Origin: Spirochaetota bacterium
GTDB lineage: Bacteria; Spirochaetota; UBA6919; CBDBPB01
Assembly: GCA_965208615.1 (NCBI GenBank)
Contig: CBDBPB010000004.1
Coordinates: 541,234 to 605,233 of the forward strand
DNA length: 64,000 nt
Direction: 5' to 3'
Part shown: in pieces, positions 1 through 10,545 of the stretch
How positions within the stretch are numbered: the stretch's first letter is position 1
How the letters are laid out: each line of letters opens with the position of its first letter
Made by a program: the position numbers and the translations under genes
Notes under the pieces: generated by a model
Database searches by the model: none
Told to the model about the DNA's origin: nothing
What the model saw: the letters and a program-made list of their open reading frames with translations, nothing else

Positions 1-485
1 AATGCCTTATCGTATTCTTTTTTTCTTATTTTGGCTATATTTTCCAGTCCTAAAATGGTATAGTATAAGGTGGATATTTCTTTATAAAGGTCATTCAGTC
101 TTTTTTTTATACGGATTCTATTTAGTATTAGCTGACTTTTTGCTTTATAGTTGTTATAGATAATCGCCCTGTCATATATGGGGAGTTCAAGGCTGTTCTG
201 AAAAGTAAATATAGTAGCTCCCCTTTGATTGCTAAAAGAAAAAGAATTACTTTTACTGAACTTAGATGTTATTCTTGGATAAAAATCCTTAACAGCTTCT
301 TTTTTAGTTATGTGAAATACTTTTCTATCAAACTTTAGTTTTTTTAGTTCGAGGTCTTGATTCTGAGCCATTATAAGGCTGTTTCTAAGGCTAAGTGATC
401 GTGCAAAAGAGGGTTTATAGGCATTTAGAACTACAATCAAGATAGAGCAGGCTAAAACAATAAGCTTAACAACTTTATAGTACAT
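1..485 (-). CDS. TolC-family outer membrane efflux protein, N-terminal part (runs off window start)
   Basis: Manual translation from ATG at 485: MYYKVVKLIVLACSILIVVLNAYKPSFARSLSLRNSLIMAQNQDLELKK...DFYPRITSKF...LELPIYD...EISTLYYTIL; signal peptide plus OEP-like pattern; frame open to the window edge; not in the ORF track. Confidence 0.6.
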   Translation of the reverse strand, partial: MYYKVVKLIVLACSILIVVLNAYKPSFARSLSLRNSLIMAQNQDLELKKLKFDRKVFHITKKEAVKDFYPRITSKFSKSNSFSFSNQRGATIFTFQNSLELPIYDRAIIYNNYKAKSQLILNRIRIKKRLNDLYKEISTLYYTILGLENIAKIRKKEYDKA

Positions 486-511
486 AATATAACTGTGTTA
501 TAGTGTTATAA

Positions 512-1318
512 CTATCCAATTTTAAAGGCCATATTATGGTCACGATTTGTCATTCGTAATTTAGTATCCTCTATACGCTTTATATAACTTTTTTTAGTTA
601 ACTTCATTTCCATAAATAGCTTATATAGTTCTATCTCGAATGATAAGGCCTCACAAATGGCAAATGTTAGATTTTTACATTTTGCTAATTCTATAATCAT
701 ATGTCTAGTATTTAGTCTATGGGGATTAGCAAAGCTTCTAATTTTTTGTGCACTAATAGGATCCATCTTACCGCCAACAGAGGTAAGTTTATTTTTATTT
801 TTAACTCGTTCGATAATATCTATAATAACGTCTATTACTTTATTGTGGTTAACGGGGTAGTCCATAGAGCCTGCAAGATCACTTCTACCAACAGTAACCT
901 GATTAACAAGGTCAAACAGAGGATGCATTATTATACTATTTATATTATAGTACCCTGTAATAGTTTCGAGATTTATTAGGATACTAAGTTTTTTTAGTTT
1001 ATCTTTGGCCAGTTCTTTTACCGTAGTGATAAAATTAATGAATCCGTAATCTGATTCAATCATGGGAGCAAGTATACCATCTACTTTTATATTAAGGCAT
1101 TCTCTAATATCGTTTCTGGCTTCTGGGCCTCCGATTTTCACTGTCATAGGGACTATATTCATAGATATATCTCTTAGCAGAAACAATTCTTCAAAAGACA
1201 TATCCTCTACTTCAGTACCACCTTTTACTCCGATTATACCATAGCTTTCTCTTAGGTACCATAGTTTTTTTCTTAGTCGTTCTTTCATAGTTTTGCTATC
1301 CGGAAGTTTATAAAACAT
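512..1318 (-). CDS. HpcH/HpaI aldolase / citrate lyase beta family protein
   Basis: VKIGGPEARND, GILAPMIES, INLET and VTVGRSDL motifs. Confidence 0.75.
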   Translation of the reverse strand: MFYKLPDSKTMKERLRKKLWYLRESYGIIGVKGGTEVEDMSFEELFLLRDISMNIVPMTVKIGGPEARNDIRECLNIKVDGILAPMIESDYGFINFITTVKELAKDKLKKLSILINLETITGYYNINSIIMHPLFDLVNQVTVGRSDLAGSMDYPVNHNKVIDVIIDIIERVKNKNKLTSVGGKMDPISAQKIRSFANPHRLNTRHMIIELAKCKNLTFAICEALSFEIELYKLFMEMKLTKKSYIKRIEDTKLRMTNRDHNMAFKIG

Positions 1319-1477
1319 GATTTGTATCGGCAGTATTAAAATTATGATTAGTTATTTTATAATGTTAATAATCTTTATAATAAATTATAAGATGAATTAG
1401 CTTAATCCTAATGCTAACTACTATCTATTATAGAGAGTTATAACATATTAGACCCTTTAAAAAAAAATATAAATCGC

Positions 1478-1506
1478 TTGACAGTAAAAACTATTTTTTT
1501 TATCTT
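1478..1506 (+). promoter_or_regulatory. sigma70-type promoter of the cysM operon
   Basis: TTGACA-17 nt-TATCTT; implies the ORF-track TTG start at 1478 is not the real start. Confidence 0.55.
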
Positions 1507-1564
1507 AAAAAAAAGCCAATATAGACTATTATACTCTAATAGGTCTATTAATTATATCTTTAGC

Positions 1565-2512
1565 ATGCCACTTAGCTTAATGAATACCATAACGTTATTT
1601 AAAGAAAAGGGTAGTAAAATAGATATTCTAAGTAACATTGGAAATACACCTTTAATAGAAATAAAACGGATTACAAAGGACTTAAATAAAAATATTAGAG
1701 TGCTTGCTAAACTAGAAGCATTTAATCCAGGTGGATCAGTTAAAGATAGACCAGCTCTAAGAATGATAGAAAGAGGTGAAGAAACTGGCTCATTAAATAA
1801 AACTAAAACTATACTAGATTCTACTTCTGGTAATACAGGTATAGCACTCGCTATGATTGGAGCAGTTAAAGGCTATAACGTAGAATTGGTAATGCCAGAA
1901 AACGTTAGCGAAGAACGTAAGATTATGCTAAATGCCTATGGAGCAAAATCAATATACTCCGATCCACTAGACGGATCCGATGGAGCAATACTCTTAGCTA
2001 AAGAAATCTATAAAAAAAATCCAGATAAATACTTTATACCTGATCAATATAATAATCCAGAAAACTGGAAAGCTCACTACTACGGAACAGCTCAGGAAAT
2101 TATAAGAGATACCAATGGACAAATAACTCATTTTTTGGCTTGCATAGGTACAAGCGGTACTCTTGTAGGTACCAGTAAAAAACTTTTGGAATATAATCCT
2201 AATATTATTACTCATGGAATACAGCCTGCTGAGGCTTTTCATGGTCTAGAAGGGCTTAAACACATTGCTAGCTCCATTGTACCAGGAATATATAATTTAG
2301 ACTTTGAGTCGAGGAGTATTTTTGTCGATACTCAAAAATCTTATGATATGGTAAGACGCTTGGCAAAAGAAGAAGGCTTATTCGTTGGCTTATCCTCCGG
2401 TGCCGCTATGCTAGGGGTTATGGAATATGCAAAAAATATTAGCAAAGGTATAATTGTAACTATATTCCCCGATAATGGAGAAAAGTATTTTAGTCATCGC
2501 TTGTTTAGTTAA
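1565..2512 (+). CDS. cysM: PLP-dependent cysteine synthase (CysM-type)
   Basis: IGNTPL, AKLEAFNPGGSVKDR (PLP lysine), STSGNTG, GTSGT; start probably ATG 1565 or 1580. Confidence 0.85.
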   Translation: MPLSLMNTITLFKEKGSKIDILSNIGNTPLIEIKRITKDLNKNIRVLAKLEAFNPGGSVKDRPALRMIERGEETGSLNKTKTILDSTSGNTGIALAMIGAVKGYNVELVMPENVSEERKIMLNAYGAKSIYSDPLDGSDGAILLAKEIYKKNPDKYFIPDQYNNPENWKAHYYGTAQEIIRDTNGQITHFLACIGTSGTLVGTSKKLLEYNPNIITHGIQPAEAFHGLEGLKHIASSIVPGIYNLDFESRSIFVDTQKSYDMVRRLAKEEGLFVGLSSGAAMLGVMEYAKNISKGIIVTIFPDNGEKYFSHRLFS

Positions 2513-2521
2513 AGGTAAATT

Positions 2522-2953
2522 ATGAACCTATCAATAACTATAAAAAAAACTATGATGGATAATATATATAATCACTGTAAAAATGAATATCCTTATGAAT
2601 GCTGTGGAATCCTAATTGGTGATTATGACTCCATGAGTGTTAAAAAAGTTATTATGACTAAAAATGCTAATAAAAAACCTGACTGGTTTGAGATTCATCC
2701 CGATGACTATCAAAAAGCCTATGACATCGCTGATAAAGAATCTATGGATATTATTGGCTTTTATCATTCTCATCCCGATCATGTTGCTGAACCTTCTAAA
2801 AGAGATAAACAAAGAATTATAGAAATCGGTATTATTTATGGAATGATATTTATGATAATAAGCGTAAATAAAAATGGTAATGTTAATCCCAAATCATGGG
2901 TGCTATATGATAGCCATGAACCTTTCCATGAGCAAAAGATAAAATATATATAA
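2522..2953 (+). CDS. JAMM/MPN+ (M67) metallopeptidase, Mec-like
   Basis: YPYECCG and GFYHSHPDHVAEPSKRD (HxH-x7-S-x2-D JAMM motif). Confidence 0.85.
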   Translation: MNLSITIKKTMMDNIYNHCKNEYPYECCGILIGDYDSMSVKKVIMTKNANKKPDWFEIHPDDYQKAYDIADKESMDIIGFYHSHPDHVAEPSKRDKQRIIEIGIIYGMIFMIISVNKNGNVNPKSWVLYDSHEPFHEQKIKYI

Positions 2954-2972
2954 CTTTGGAGGAACTTGTTTT

Positions 2973-3251
2973 ATGAGTAAAAAAGTTGGTGTACCTGCAC
3001 CTCTAAGACAGTACTGCGGTAGTAAAAAAGAAATTGAGCTTGAAGGAAGTAAAGTAAAAGATATTTTAAGCTCTATGAGTGAACGTTATTCAACTTTACA
3101 TAGCAAAGTCTGTGAGGATAATGGTAGTGTTCGAAAGTTCGTTAATCTTTATGTAAACGGTGTGGATATTAAAAAATTAAATAACCTTGATACTGAGTTA
3201 AAAGAATCTGATAAATTAACTATAATACCTGCCGTTGCTGGAGGACTTTAG
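2973..3251 (+). CDS. MoaD/ThiS-family ubiquitin-like sulfur carrier (CysO-like)
   Basis: 92 aa, FVNLYVNG, C-terminus IPAVAGGL. Confidence 0.85.
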   Translation: MSKKVGVPAPLRQYCGSKKEIELEGSKVKDILSSMSERYSTLHSKVCEDNGSVRKFVNLYVNGVDIKKLNNLDTELKESDKLTIIPAVAGGL

Positions 3252-3354
3252 AAAGTTTAATCATAAGAGGATATTTTAAAACAAAAATTGACTGCTTATG
3301 ATATCCCTATTAGTCATTAGGGTTTTGAGAATATTAAAAGTAGGAGATGAGTGT

Positions 3355-4527
3355 ATGAGTAATGTTAGCGTAGAATTAGCTGGTTTATCCCAGGATCAAC
3401 TTAAACGATATAGTCGTCATATTGTGCTTCCTGAGATTGGATTAGAAGGTCAAGAGGGTTTATTAGATTCAAAGGTATTAATTATAGGTGCAGGCGGACT
3501 TGGTTCACCATTAGCTTTTTATCTTACGGCGGCTGGTATTGGCACTATTGGTCTTGTGGACTTTGATAAAGTTGAATTTAGCAACTTACAAAGACAAATA
3601 ATACACTTTACAAAAGATGTAGGCCGTCCTAAGTTAGATTCCGCCGCTGATAAAATTAAGGCTCTTAATCCTGATGTAGATGTTATAAAACATCCCGTTT
3701 ATATATCGTCAGACAACGCTCTAGACATCATAAAAAATTATGACTATGTTATAGATGGTACTGATAACTTTCCAACAAGATATTTGGTTAATGATGCATG
3801 TGTTATGCTTGGTAAAACCAATATTTACGGCTCTATATACCGCTTTGACGGTCAGGCAACCGTTTTTAAGCCTAAAGACGGACCTTGTTATCGCTGTCTT
3901 TATCCCGAACCCCCTGATCCAGGCCTTATACCCAGCTGTCAGGAAGGAGGTGTTGTTGGGGTATTACCAGGTATTATAGCCACCATTCAGGCTACTGAAG
4001 TGGTTAAGCTAATAACTGGTAGTGGTACATCATTAGTTGGCAGGCTTTTGCTGTACGATGCAATGGATATGAGCTTTAATGAGGTACAAATTGAAAGAGA
4101 TCATAATTGCCCTGTATGCGGGGATAAGCCCACTATTACAAAGCTAATTGATTATAACGAGTTCTGTGGTATCCGTAGTGATGCCGAACAAGAGGCTTTT
4201 AACAAAAAGTATGAAGTATCCGTTGAAGAAGCTAATAAAATACTATCTGGTGATAGAACAAATATAACTCTCCTCGATATACGTGAACCAGAGGAGTTTA
4301 AAATTGTATCCTTAGAAAATAGCTTGCAAATACCAATGGCTATGCTACCTGATAGAGTTAACGAACTTGATATGTCTAAAGAGATTCTTATTATTTGTAG
4401 AATCGGTGAGAGAAGTGCTAGAGCTGTTGAATTTCTTACATCTTTAGGGTTTGAAAAAGTAAAGAATATTTCAGGGGGTATAATAAAATGGGCAGAGAAG
4501 ATTGATACATCCTTACCCATATACTAA
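3355..4527 (+). CDS. moeB: MoeB/MoeZ adenylyltransferase-sulfurtransferase (ThiF + rhodanese domains)
   Basis: RYSRH, GAGGLGS, SNLQRQ, CYRC, CPVC, C-terminal rhodanese CRIGERS; GGAG RBS before ATG 3355. Confidence 0.9.
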   Translation: MSNVSVELAGLSQDQLKRYSRHIVLPEIGLEGQEGLLDSKVLIIGAGGLGSPLAFYLTAAGIGTIGLVDFDKVEFSNLQRQIIHFTKDVGRPKLDSAADKIKALNPDVDVIKHPVYISSDNALDIIKNYDYVIDGTDNFPTRYLVNDACVMLGKTNIYGSIYRFDGQATVFKPKDGPCYRCLYPEPPDPGLIPSCQEGGVVGVLPGIIATIQATEVVKLITGSGTSLVGRLLLYDAMDMSFNEVQIERDHNCPVCGDKPTITKLIDYNEFCGIRSDAEQEAFNKKYEVSVEEANKILSGDRTNITLLDIREPEEFKIVSLENSLQIPMAMLPDRVNELDMSKEILIICRIGERSARAVEFLTSLGFEKVKNISGGIIKWAEKIDTSLPIY

Positions 4528-4553
4528 TTTATTTTGCTTTTTTAATTCCTCAA

Positions 4554-4572
4554 AAGGGGCAATATACCCCTT
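4554..4572. terminator. hairpin between convergent moeB and lon
   Basis: AAGGGG-CAATATA-CCCCTT. Confidence 0.45.
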
Positions 4573-4575
4573 ATT

Positions 4576-6981
4576 TTAGTATATACTCTTATCAAAGGAA
4601 ATTTGTATAACCTCATCCATTGTCTCAACAGGATGAAGGGTTATGCCTTTTTGTATATGGTCTGGTATTTCGTCTAGGTCTTTGGTATTCTCTTTTGGAA
4701 ATATAATAGTTTTTAGTTTACTTCTTTTAGCGGCTATCATTTTTTCTTTTAGACCGCCTATGGGTAACACGTTACCAGTCAATGTTAGCTCACCTGTCAT
4801 GCCCAAATGCTTTTTGACAGGTCTATTGGTAACCAAAGATAGTATACTAGTTGCCATGGTAATACCAGCAGAGGGTCCATCTTTTGGTGTTGCACCGGCA
4901 GGAACATGCAAATGGACAAAGTGATTCATAAAGTAGCCCTCTTCTAAGGATAGCTGTTGTGCTATCTTTTTAACGTAGCTATAGGCAATATTAGCACTTT
5001 CGGTCATAACATCGCCAAGCTGTCCGGTTAATTTAAAGCCAGGCTTCTCTTTTACCGAAATAGACTCTATATATAAAGTACTCCCTCCTAAGGCTGTCCA
5101 GGCTAAGCCTATAACTACACCAGGCTTTTTTCTTTTTTCTAAAAAGTCATCGGTAAAGACCTCAGGGCCAAGAAACTCTCTGGCCTTTTCATTGGTTATA
5201 TTGGGGTCATGCTCTTTCTCTTTTGCTATTAAGTATGCTGTCTTACGGCATATCTTCTCTATCATACGTTCAAGGCCCCTAACCCCTGCCTCTCTGGCAT
5301 AATTATTTATTATATAGCTAAATGACCTCTTGTTAATCTTAATCTGACTCTTAGTTAGACCATGTTTTATTAACTGCTTTGGTAATAAAAATCGTTTACC
5401 AATCTCATATTTCTCTTCCTCAATATAACCAGAAAGCCTTATAACCTCCATCCTGTCTAATAGCGGTCTTGGGATAGTATCCAGCGTATTAGCCGTAGTC
5501 ACAAATAGTATTTTAGATAAATCAAATGGCAAGTCTAAATAATGATCCACAAACCTATTATTTTGCTCAGGATCAAGTACCTCCAATAAAGCACTGGCTG
5601 GATCACCTTGAAAACTAATCCCTATTTTATCAACCTCATCGAGCATAAAAACAGGATTAGCCGTCTTCACCAGCTTTAAACCTAATAATATCTTACCAGG
5701 CATTGCACCAACATAAGTTCTACGATGACCCTTTATCTCAGCCTCATCCCTCATACCACCAAGAGAAAAACGATAAAACTTACGGTTTAACGATTTGGCA
5801 ATAGACTTACCAAGAGACGTTTTTCCAGTACCAGGTGGACCAATTAAACAAATAATAGAGCCACCAGTCGACTCAGGCTTTAACTTCTTCACCGCTAAAA
5901 ACTCCAAAATACGTTCTTTAACATCCATAAGAGCATGGTGATCATTATTTAATATCTTTTCAGCCTCTGTCAGATCATGGGAATCCTTTGAGAATACACC
6001 CCATGGCAAAGAACATATAACATCTATATAATTTCTGGTTACCACATATTCCGACGAATGAGACTCCATACTCTCAAACTTATCCAGTTCTTTATCAACC
6101 TGCTCCTTTACGTCATCTGGGAATGTTAATTTATCAATCTTTTCTTTAAATTCTCTATAAGTCTTGCTATGGGAATCTTCATCTATACCAAGTTCTTTTT
6201 TTATGGCTTTTAACTGCTCCCTTAAAAAAAACTCTCTTTGTTTTTCATCTATGGTCTCGTCAATCTTCTTCTGTATATTTTTCTGGAGCTCTATAAGCTT
6301 TACTTCTTTATCCAAATAACGTAGTACACGTCCCAAACGCTTTTCTACGTCAAACAGCTCAAGAACCTCTTGATATTCCTCAGGCTTAAGCTTTAATATG
6401 GATACAGCAAAATCCCCTATCTTAGAAGGCTCATCAATATTAGCCAAAGTAAGCTTTACCTGTTCCATCAAAAATGGGTTAGTCTCAGCCAATGTTCTTA
6501 ACTGACTCAAAATAGCCCTTGTTAAAGCCTTAACCTCCATATTGTCTTCATTCTTTTTAGGCGGTTCGTTATACCTAACTTTAGCAATAACCCTACTGGC
6601 CTCATCGCTTACAACATCCTTTATCCTAAAACGCCTTAAACTATTAACCAAAAGATTTATTCCACCATTGGGCAAGTTGATCTTCTTTATCACCTTTGCC
6701 ACAGTACCTACCTTATAAAGGTTTTTAGTTGTTGTATCCTCAATTGACTCGTCTATAATAAGAGATAGACCAACAAAATCTAAAGCTCCACCAATACTAT
6801 TAATAGTCTCAACAAGCTTTGGAGATGAAATAATAATGGGAGTTATTATACCAGGGAATACTGGTCCGCCAAATATAGGTAAAATAAATATTTGTTCGGG
6901 AATCATCTGATCAATAGAAACTATAGTATTATAATCAAAACTCACTTGAGGTTCATCAATATTAGAATCATCAAAATTCAT
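4576..6981 (-). CDS. lon: ATP-dependent Lon protease
   Basis: Walker A GPPGTGKTS, HRRTYVGAMPG, catalytic PKDGPSAG. Confidence 0.95.
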   Translation of the reverse strand: MNFDDSNIDEPQVSFDYNTIVSIDQMIPEQIFILPIFGGPVFPGIITPIIISSPKLVETINSIGGALDFVGLSLIIDESIEDTTTKNLYKVGTVAKVIKKINLPNGGINLLVNSLRRFRIKDVVSDEASRVIAKVRYNEPPKKNEDNMEVKALTRAILSQLRTLAETNPFLMEQVKLTLANIDEPSKIGDFAVSILKLKPEEYQEVLELFDVEKRLGRVLRYLDKEVKLIELQKNIQKKIDETIDEKQREFFLREQLKAIKKELGIDEDSHSKTYREFKEKIDKLTFPDDVKEQVDKELDKFESMESHSSEYVVTRNYIDVICSLPWGVFSKDSHDLTEAEKILNNDHHALMDVKERILEFLAVKKLKPESTGGSIICLIGPPGTGKTSLGKSIAKSLNRKFYRFSLGGMRDEAEIKGHRRTYVGAMPGKILLGLKLVKTANPVFMLDEVDKIGISFQGDPASALLEVLDPEQNNRFVDHYLDLPFDLSKILFVTTANTLDTIPRPLLDRMEVIRLSGYIEEEKYEIGKRFLLPKQLIKHGLTKSQIKINKRSFSYIINNYAREAGVRGLERMIEKICRKTAYLIAKEKEHDPNITNEKAREFLGPEVFTDDFLEKRKKPGVVIGLAWTALGGSTLYIESISVKEKPGFKLTGQLGDVMTESANIAYSYVKKIAQQLSLEEGYFMNHFVHLHVPAGATPKDGPSAGITMATSILSLVTNRPVKKHLGMTGELTLTGNVLPIGGLKEKMIAAKRSKLKTIIFPKENTKDLDEIPDHIQKGITLHPVETMDEVIQISFDKSIY

Positions 6982-7219
6982 AGTATCTCCTTGATTAAAT
7001 AAATTGGAATATTATAAACTAAATTAACATAGTCCTATCTTAAAAAAAACAACAATAATATTTTTCTTATTATTCTCTATATTCATAGTAGTAAGAATAG
7101 TCCATAATATATTAGATTGAAACACTAAGTTAATAAAATTATAAAACAAAAAAACTAAGTCAATAAAATATTTTTATTTTAAGTTTGACTTCTGTTCTTA
7201 GATAATTATTATTTCTTTT

Positions 7220-7477
7220 ATGTTATCAAACAAAAGAAAAGTATTAGCTATAGTATTCGTTATTACTATATCACTGATATTTATACTAAATCAAGTTATA
7301 CTCTACTTTATGCCCCAAAAATATATTGCAAAAGATGGTAGTTATATTGGTGATAGCTTTGTATGGTTTGCCTCATGGAGTGCTCCATTATCCTTTGCTA
7401 TAGCCATAATCGTTTATGGAGGTACCATACGCTATCTGTCATACAAAAATAAAAAGAATAACAAAAAGGATAAATAA
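7220..7477 (+). CDS. small membrane protein, two predicted TM helices
   Basis: Two hydrophobic stretches; 3 nt upstream of the next gene. Confidence 0.55.
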   Translation: MLSNKRKVLAIVFVITISLIFILNQVILYFMPQKYIAKDGSYIGDSFVWFASWSAPLSFAIAIIVYGGTIRYLSYKNKKNNKKDK

Positions 7478-7480
7478 GCT

Positions 7481-8125
7481 ATGGAGCTATCTATTAAAAA
7501 CTCAGAAGATAAAATAAAAATAGAAAACGTTTACTGCATAGGAATGAACTACCATGACCATGCTAAAGAACTGGGTAATAAAAGCCCTGATGAACCTGTT
7601 ATCTTTATGAAAGCTAATAGCTGTCTTACAAAGAATAAAGCTGACTTTATATTAGGCAATGAATTAACCCACTATGAGGGCGAGTTGGTAGTGGTAATAA
7701 AAAACCATTGCGGACGTATACCAAAAGATATTGCTCATAGCGTTATATTAGGATATGCCCTTGGAATAGACTATACCCTTAGAGATATACAGTCTAAGGC
7801 TAAGTCTAAAGGCTATCCATGGACTCTAAGTAAAAGCTTTTATGGTTCTGCTCCCATATCGGATGTAGTATTAAAAGAGGATTGTAATATAAACGATAAA
7901 GATATTTGTCTATCCATAAACGATGATATACGTCAACAGGCTAAAGTCAGTGATATGATATTTAGTATAGCCCACCTAATAAGCTACTTATCCTATAAAG
8001 TACCCCTTAAAAAAGGGGATATTATATATACAGGAACTCCAAAAGGCGTTGGACAAGTACATAAAGGTGATATTGTTAAATGCTTTATGGACGGTATAGG
8101 TGAGCTAATATCCTATGTTAAATAA
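7481..8125 (+). CDS. fumarylacetoacetate hydrolase family protein
   Basis: CIGMNYHDHAKE, HYEGEL, DYTLRDIQ, GDIIYTGTPKGVG. Confidence 0.9.
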   Translation: MELSIKNSEDKIKIENVYCIGMNYHDHAKELGNKSPDEPVIFMKANSCLTKNKADFILGNELTHYEGELVVVIKNHCGRIPKDIAHSVILGYALGIDYTLRDIQSKAKSKGYPWTLSKSFYGSAPISDVVLKEDCNINDKDICLSINDDIRQQAKVSDMIFSIAHLISYLSYKVPLKKGDIIYTGTPKGVGQVHKGDIVKCFMDGIGELISYVK

Positions 8126-8127
8126 AT

Positions 8128-9186
8128 ATGACCATAGATAGGCTAATCCTCAAGAACTTTAGGAATCATGAACACCTTGACATAACATTTAACAAAACTA
8201 ATAATATATTAATGGGTGAGAACGGTAAAGGTAAAACTAATATACTAGAAGCTATATATCTTTTGGGTATGATGAAGTCATTCCGTCCAGCTTTAGATAA
8301 AGACCTTGTTCAGCAGAGTCAAAACTCATACTTTATCAAGGGTATATATGATAAGACGTCCATTAGTATTGGCTTTCATGAGGGTAAGAAGGAAGTCTGT
8401 CATAATGATCAGCCCATTAAACGAATATCAACATTAATAGGCAAGCTTAAAGTTGCTATTCTTAACCAATTAGACATTCACCTTATTATAGGATCACCGT
8501 CCAACAGAAGAAGGTATTTAGATATTGCTCTTTCTTTGTCCTATGAGCATTATCTTGTGCTACTCCAGCGTTATCAAAGGGTGGTTAAGCAAAGGAATAA
8601 ATTATTAAAGTCCGGCGAGCCTAATACTACGCTCATAAAGGTATGGGACGAACAGCTAATTGACTTGGGATCAAATATTATACAAATTAGAAACAACTTT
8701 TTTGAGCATATTAACGAACTTACTAAAAACTTATATAATAGCCTCAGCTTTGATATTAAGGACTTCCACTTATGTTATAGCCCTTCTATAGGCAAGATAA
8801 AGGATAATACCTCTATTAACGCTCAGTTTAGTAAAAAGATAAACGATAATAAAAATAAAGAACTCCACTATAAGCAAACTCTTTATGGACCTCATAAAGA
8901 CGACTTTATAATAAAAAGCGGTGAGTTCTATTTTAAACACTTTGCCTCACAAGGACAAAATAGAGCCGGGGCAATGACATTAAAACTCGCTATGATAGAC
9001 TATATAGAAATGATAACCGACTCTAAGATGATCCTACTGCTGGATGACGTATTACTCGATCTGGATAATCATAAAAAAGAGAAGTTCCTTAGTATAATAC
9101 GTGATAGACAAAATATTTTTACGGCTACCTCTTTATACGGCTTGAACTTAATCAAAGAGGATAGTATGATATATGAGGTTAGTTAA
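8128..9186 (+). CDS. recF: DNA replication and repair protein RecF
   Basis: NFRN, GENGKGKTNILEA, RRRYLD, GPHKDD, ASQGQ, LLLDDV. Confidence 0.92.
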   Translation: MTIDRLILKNFRNHEHLDITFNKTNNILMGENGKGKTNILEAIYLLGMMKSFRPALDKDLVQQSQNSYFIKGIYDKTSISIGFHEGKKEVCHNDQPIKRISTLIGKLKVAILNQLDIHLIIGSPSNRRRYLDIALSLSYEHYLVLLQRYQRVVKQRNKLLKSGEPNTTLIKVWDEQLIDLGSNIIQIRNNFFEHINELTKNLYNSLSFDIKDFHLCYSPSIGKIKDNTSINAQFSKKINDNKNKELHYKQTLYGPHKDDFIIKSGEFYFKHFASQGQNRAGAMTLKLAMIDYIEMITDSKMILLLDDVLLDLDNHKKEKFLSIIRDRQNIFTATSLYGLNLIKEDSMIYEVS

Positions 9187-10360
9187 GTAAATTATAGCTT
9201 TTTAGTGTATCAAACAGGCAATTGACCATTAGGTCTATCTGTTCTTTTGTGTGTACTGCGGATATGACTATCCTAAGTCTTGCAGTCCCCATAGGTACTG
9301 TTGGATAGCGTATAGCCTGTATATATATACCTTTTGATAATAAACTACTGCTTATGTCTAACGCTGTTTTTGAGTCGCCTATGATTATAGGAAAAATAGC
9401 TGTATTAGAGCTGGATTTAACCCCTTTTTGTTTAAGAGCCTTGTCTAAATGGAATATGTTATCCCTTAGGCTTTTATAAATTGATGAGTCCTTTTCTATC
9501 AGTCTTAATGCACTATAAGCCGATATTACACAACTAGAAGGCAGTGCAGTACTAAAAATAAAGCTCCTTGCACGATTTATTAAATAATCGATTAATAGGC
9601 TCCTACCGCAAACAAATGCACCATAACTAGCAAGAGCCTTACTTAAGGTACCCATTATTATTCCATTTGGGTTATCCAAATTATAATGCTCCTCAATACC
9701 CTTAGCATACTTACCCAATACCCCTGTGGAATGTGCCTCGTCAATTATACTAACGGCATCATAATTATTGGCTATATTATACAGCTCTGATAGGTCGACT
9801 ATATCACCATCCATGCTGAATATACTCTCTGATACAATAAATACCCTTTTATAATTATGCCTATTCTCCTTTAGAAAAGCCTTAAGCCAATCCATATCAT
9901 TATGGGGATAGTCAATAACCTTTGCCCTACTCAAACGACAGCCATCTATAATACTTGCGTGATTTAACGAGTCACTCAAAATAAGGTCTTTATCCTCGCT
10001 CAGAGTAGGCAAAAGAGCTATGTTAGCAAGATAGCCTGATCCAAATAATAAAGACCTTTCTTTATTCTTAAGCTGGGATAACTTATCCTCTAAAAGAATG
10101 TGGTACTCCCTATTACCACTTATCAGCCTTGATGCACCAGAGCCTGATCCAAATTGCTTTATGGCATTAGTAGTCTGTAATATTACCTCTGGATGAGCTG
10201 ATAGACCAAGATAATCATTAGACGAAAAACATATTGCCTTATGACCGTTTATTATAATATTTTTTTTATCCTCGACCTTAATAAGCCTCAATTTTCTTTC
10301 TAGATTAGCCTTTTTAAGTGTTAGTATTTTCTTTTGAATATGACTATATAAAGAATTCAT
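9179..10360 (-). CDS. bioF: 8-amino-7-oxononanoate synthase
   Basis: SSNDYLGL, GSGASRL, NHASIIDG, DEAH, GTLSKA. Confidence 0.9.
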   Translation of the reverse strand: MNSLYSHIQKKILTLKKANLERKLRLIKVEDKKNIIINGHKAICFSSNDYLGLSAHPEVILQTTNAIKQFGSGSGASRLISGNREYHILLEDKLSQLKNKERSLLFGSGYLANIALLPTLSEDKDLILSDSLNHASIIDGCRLSRAKVIDYPHNDMDWLKAFLKENRHNYKRVFIVSESIFSMDGDIVDLSELYNIANNYDAVSIIDEAHSTGVLGKYAKGIEEHYNLDNPNGIIMGTLSKALASYGAFVCGRSLLIDYLINRARSFIFSTALPSSCVISAYSALRLIEKDSSIYKSLRDNIFHLDKALKQKGVKSSSNTAIFPIIIGDSKTALDISSSLLSKGIYIQAIRYPTVPMGTARLRIVISAVHTKEQIDLMVNCLFDTLKSYNLLN

Positions 10361-10438
10361 AATATGCTTAAAAAACTTTTTAAGATTATAAGATAGTTTG
10401 ACTTTTCTATAAAAAATATTTAGTATATATAAGGATTA

Positions 10439-10512
10439 GGGCGGTTAGCTCAGCTGGTTAGAGTACCTGCTCGACACGCAGGGGGTCACTAGTTCAAATC
10501 TAGTACCGCCCA
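10439..10512 (+). tRNA. tRNA-Val(GAC), CCA not encoded
   Basis: Acceptor GGGCGGT/ACCGCCC, D arm AGCTCAGCTGGTTAGAG, anticodon stem CCTGC/GCAGG with loop TC-GAC-AC, T loop GTTCAAATC; TTGACT-17-TAGTAT promoter upstream. Confidence 0.92.
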
Positions 10513-10545
10513 ATTTAGGCTTAAGCTAATAATATTAGCAGTAAT

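Noticed and set aside
8128-9186. recF as a marker of the replication origin
   Set aside because: No dnaA, dnaN or gyrB nearby and no DnaA-box cluster noticed
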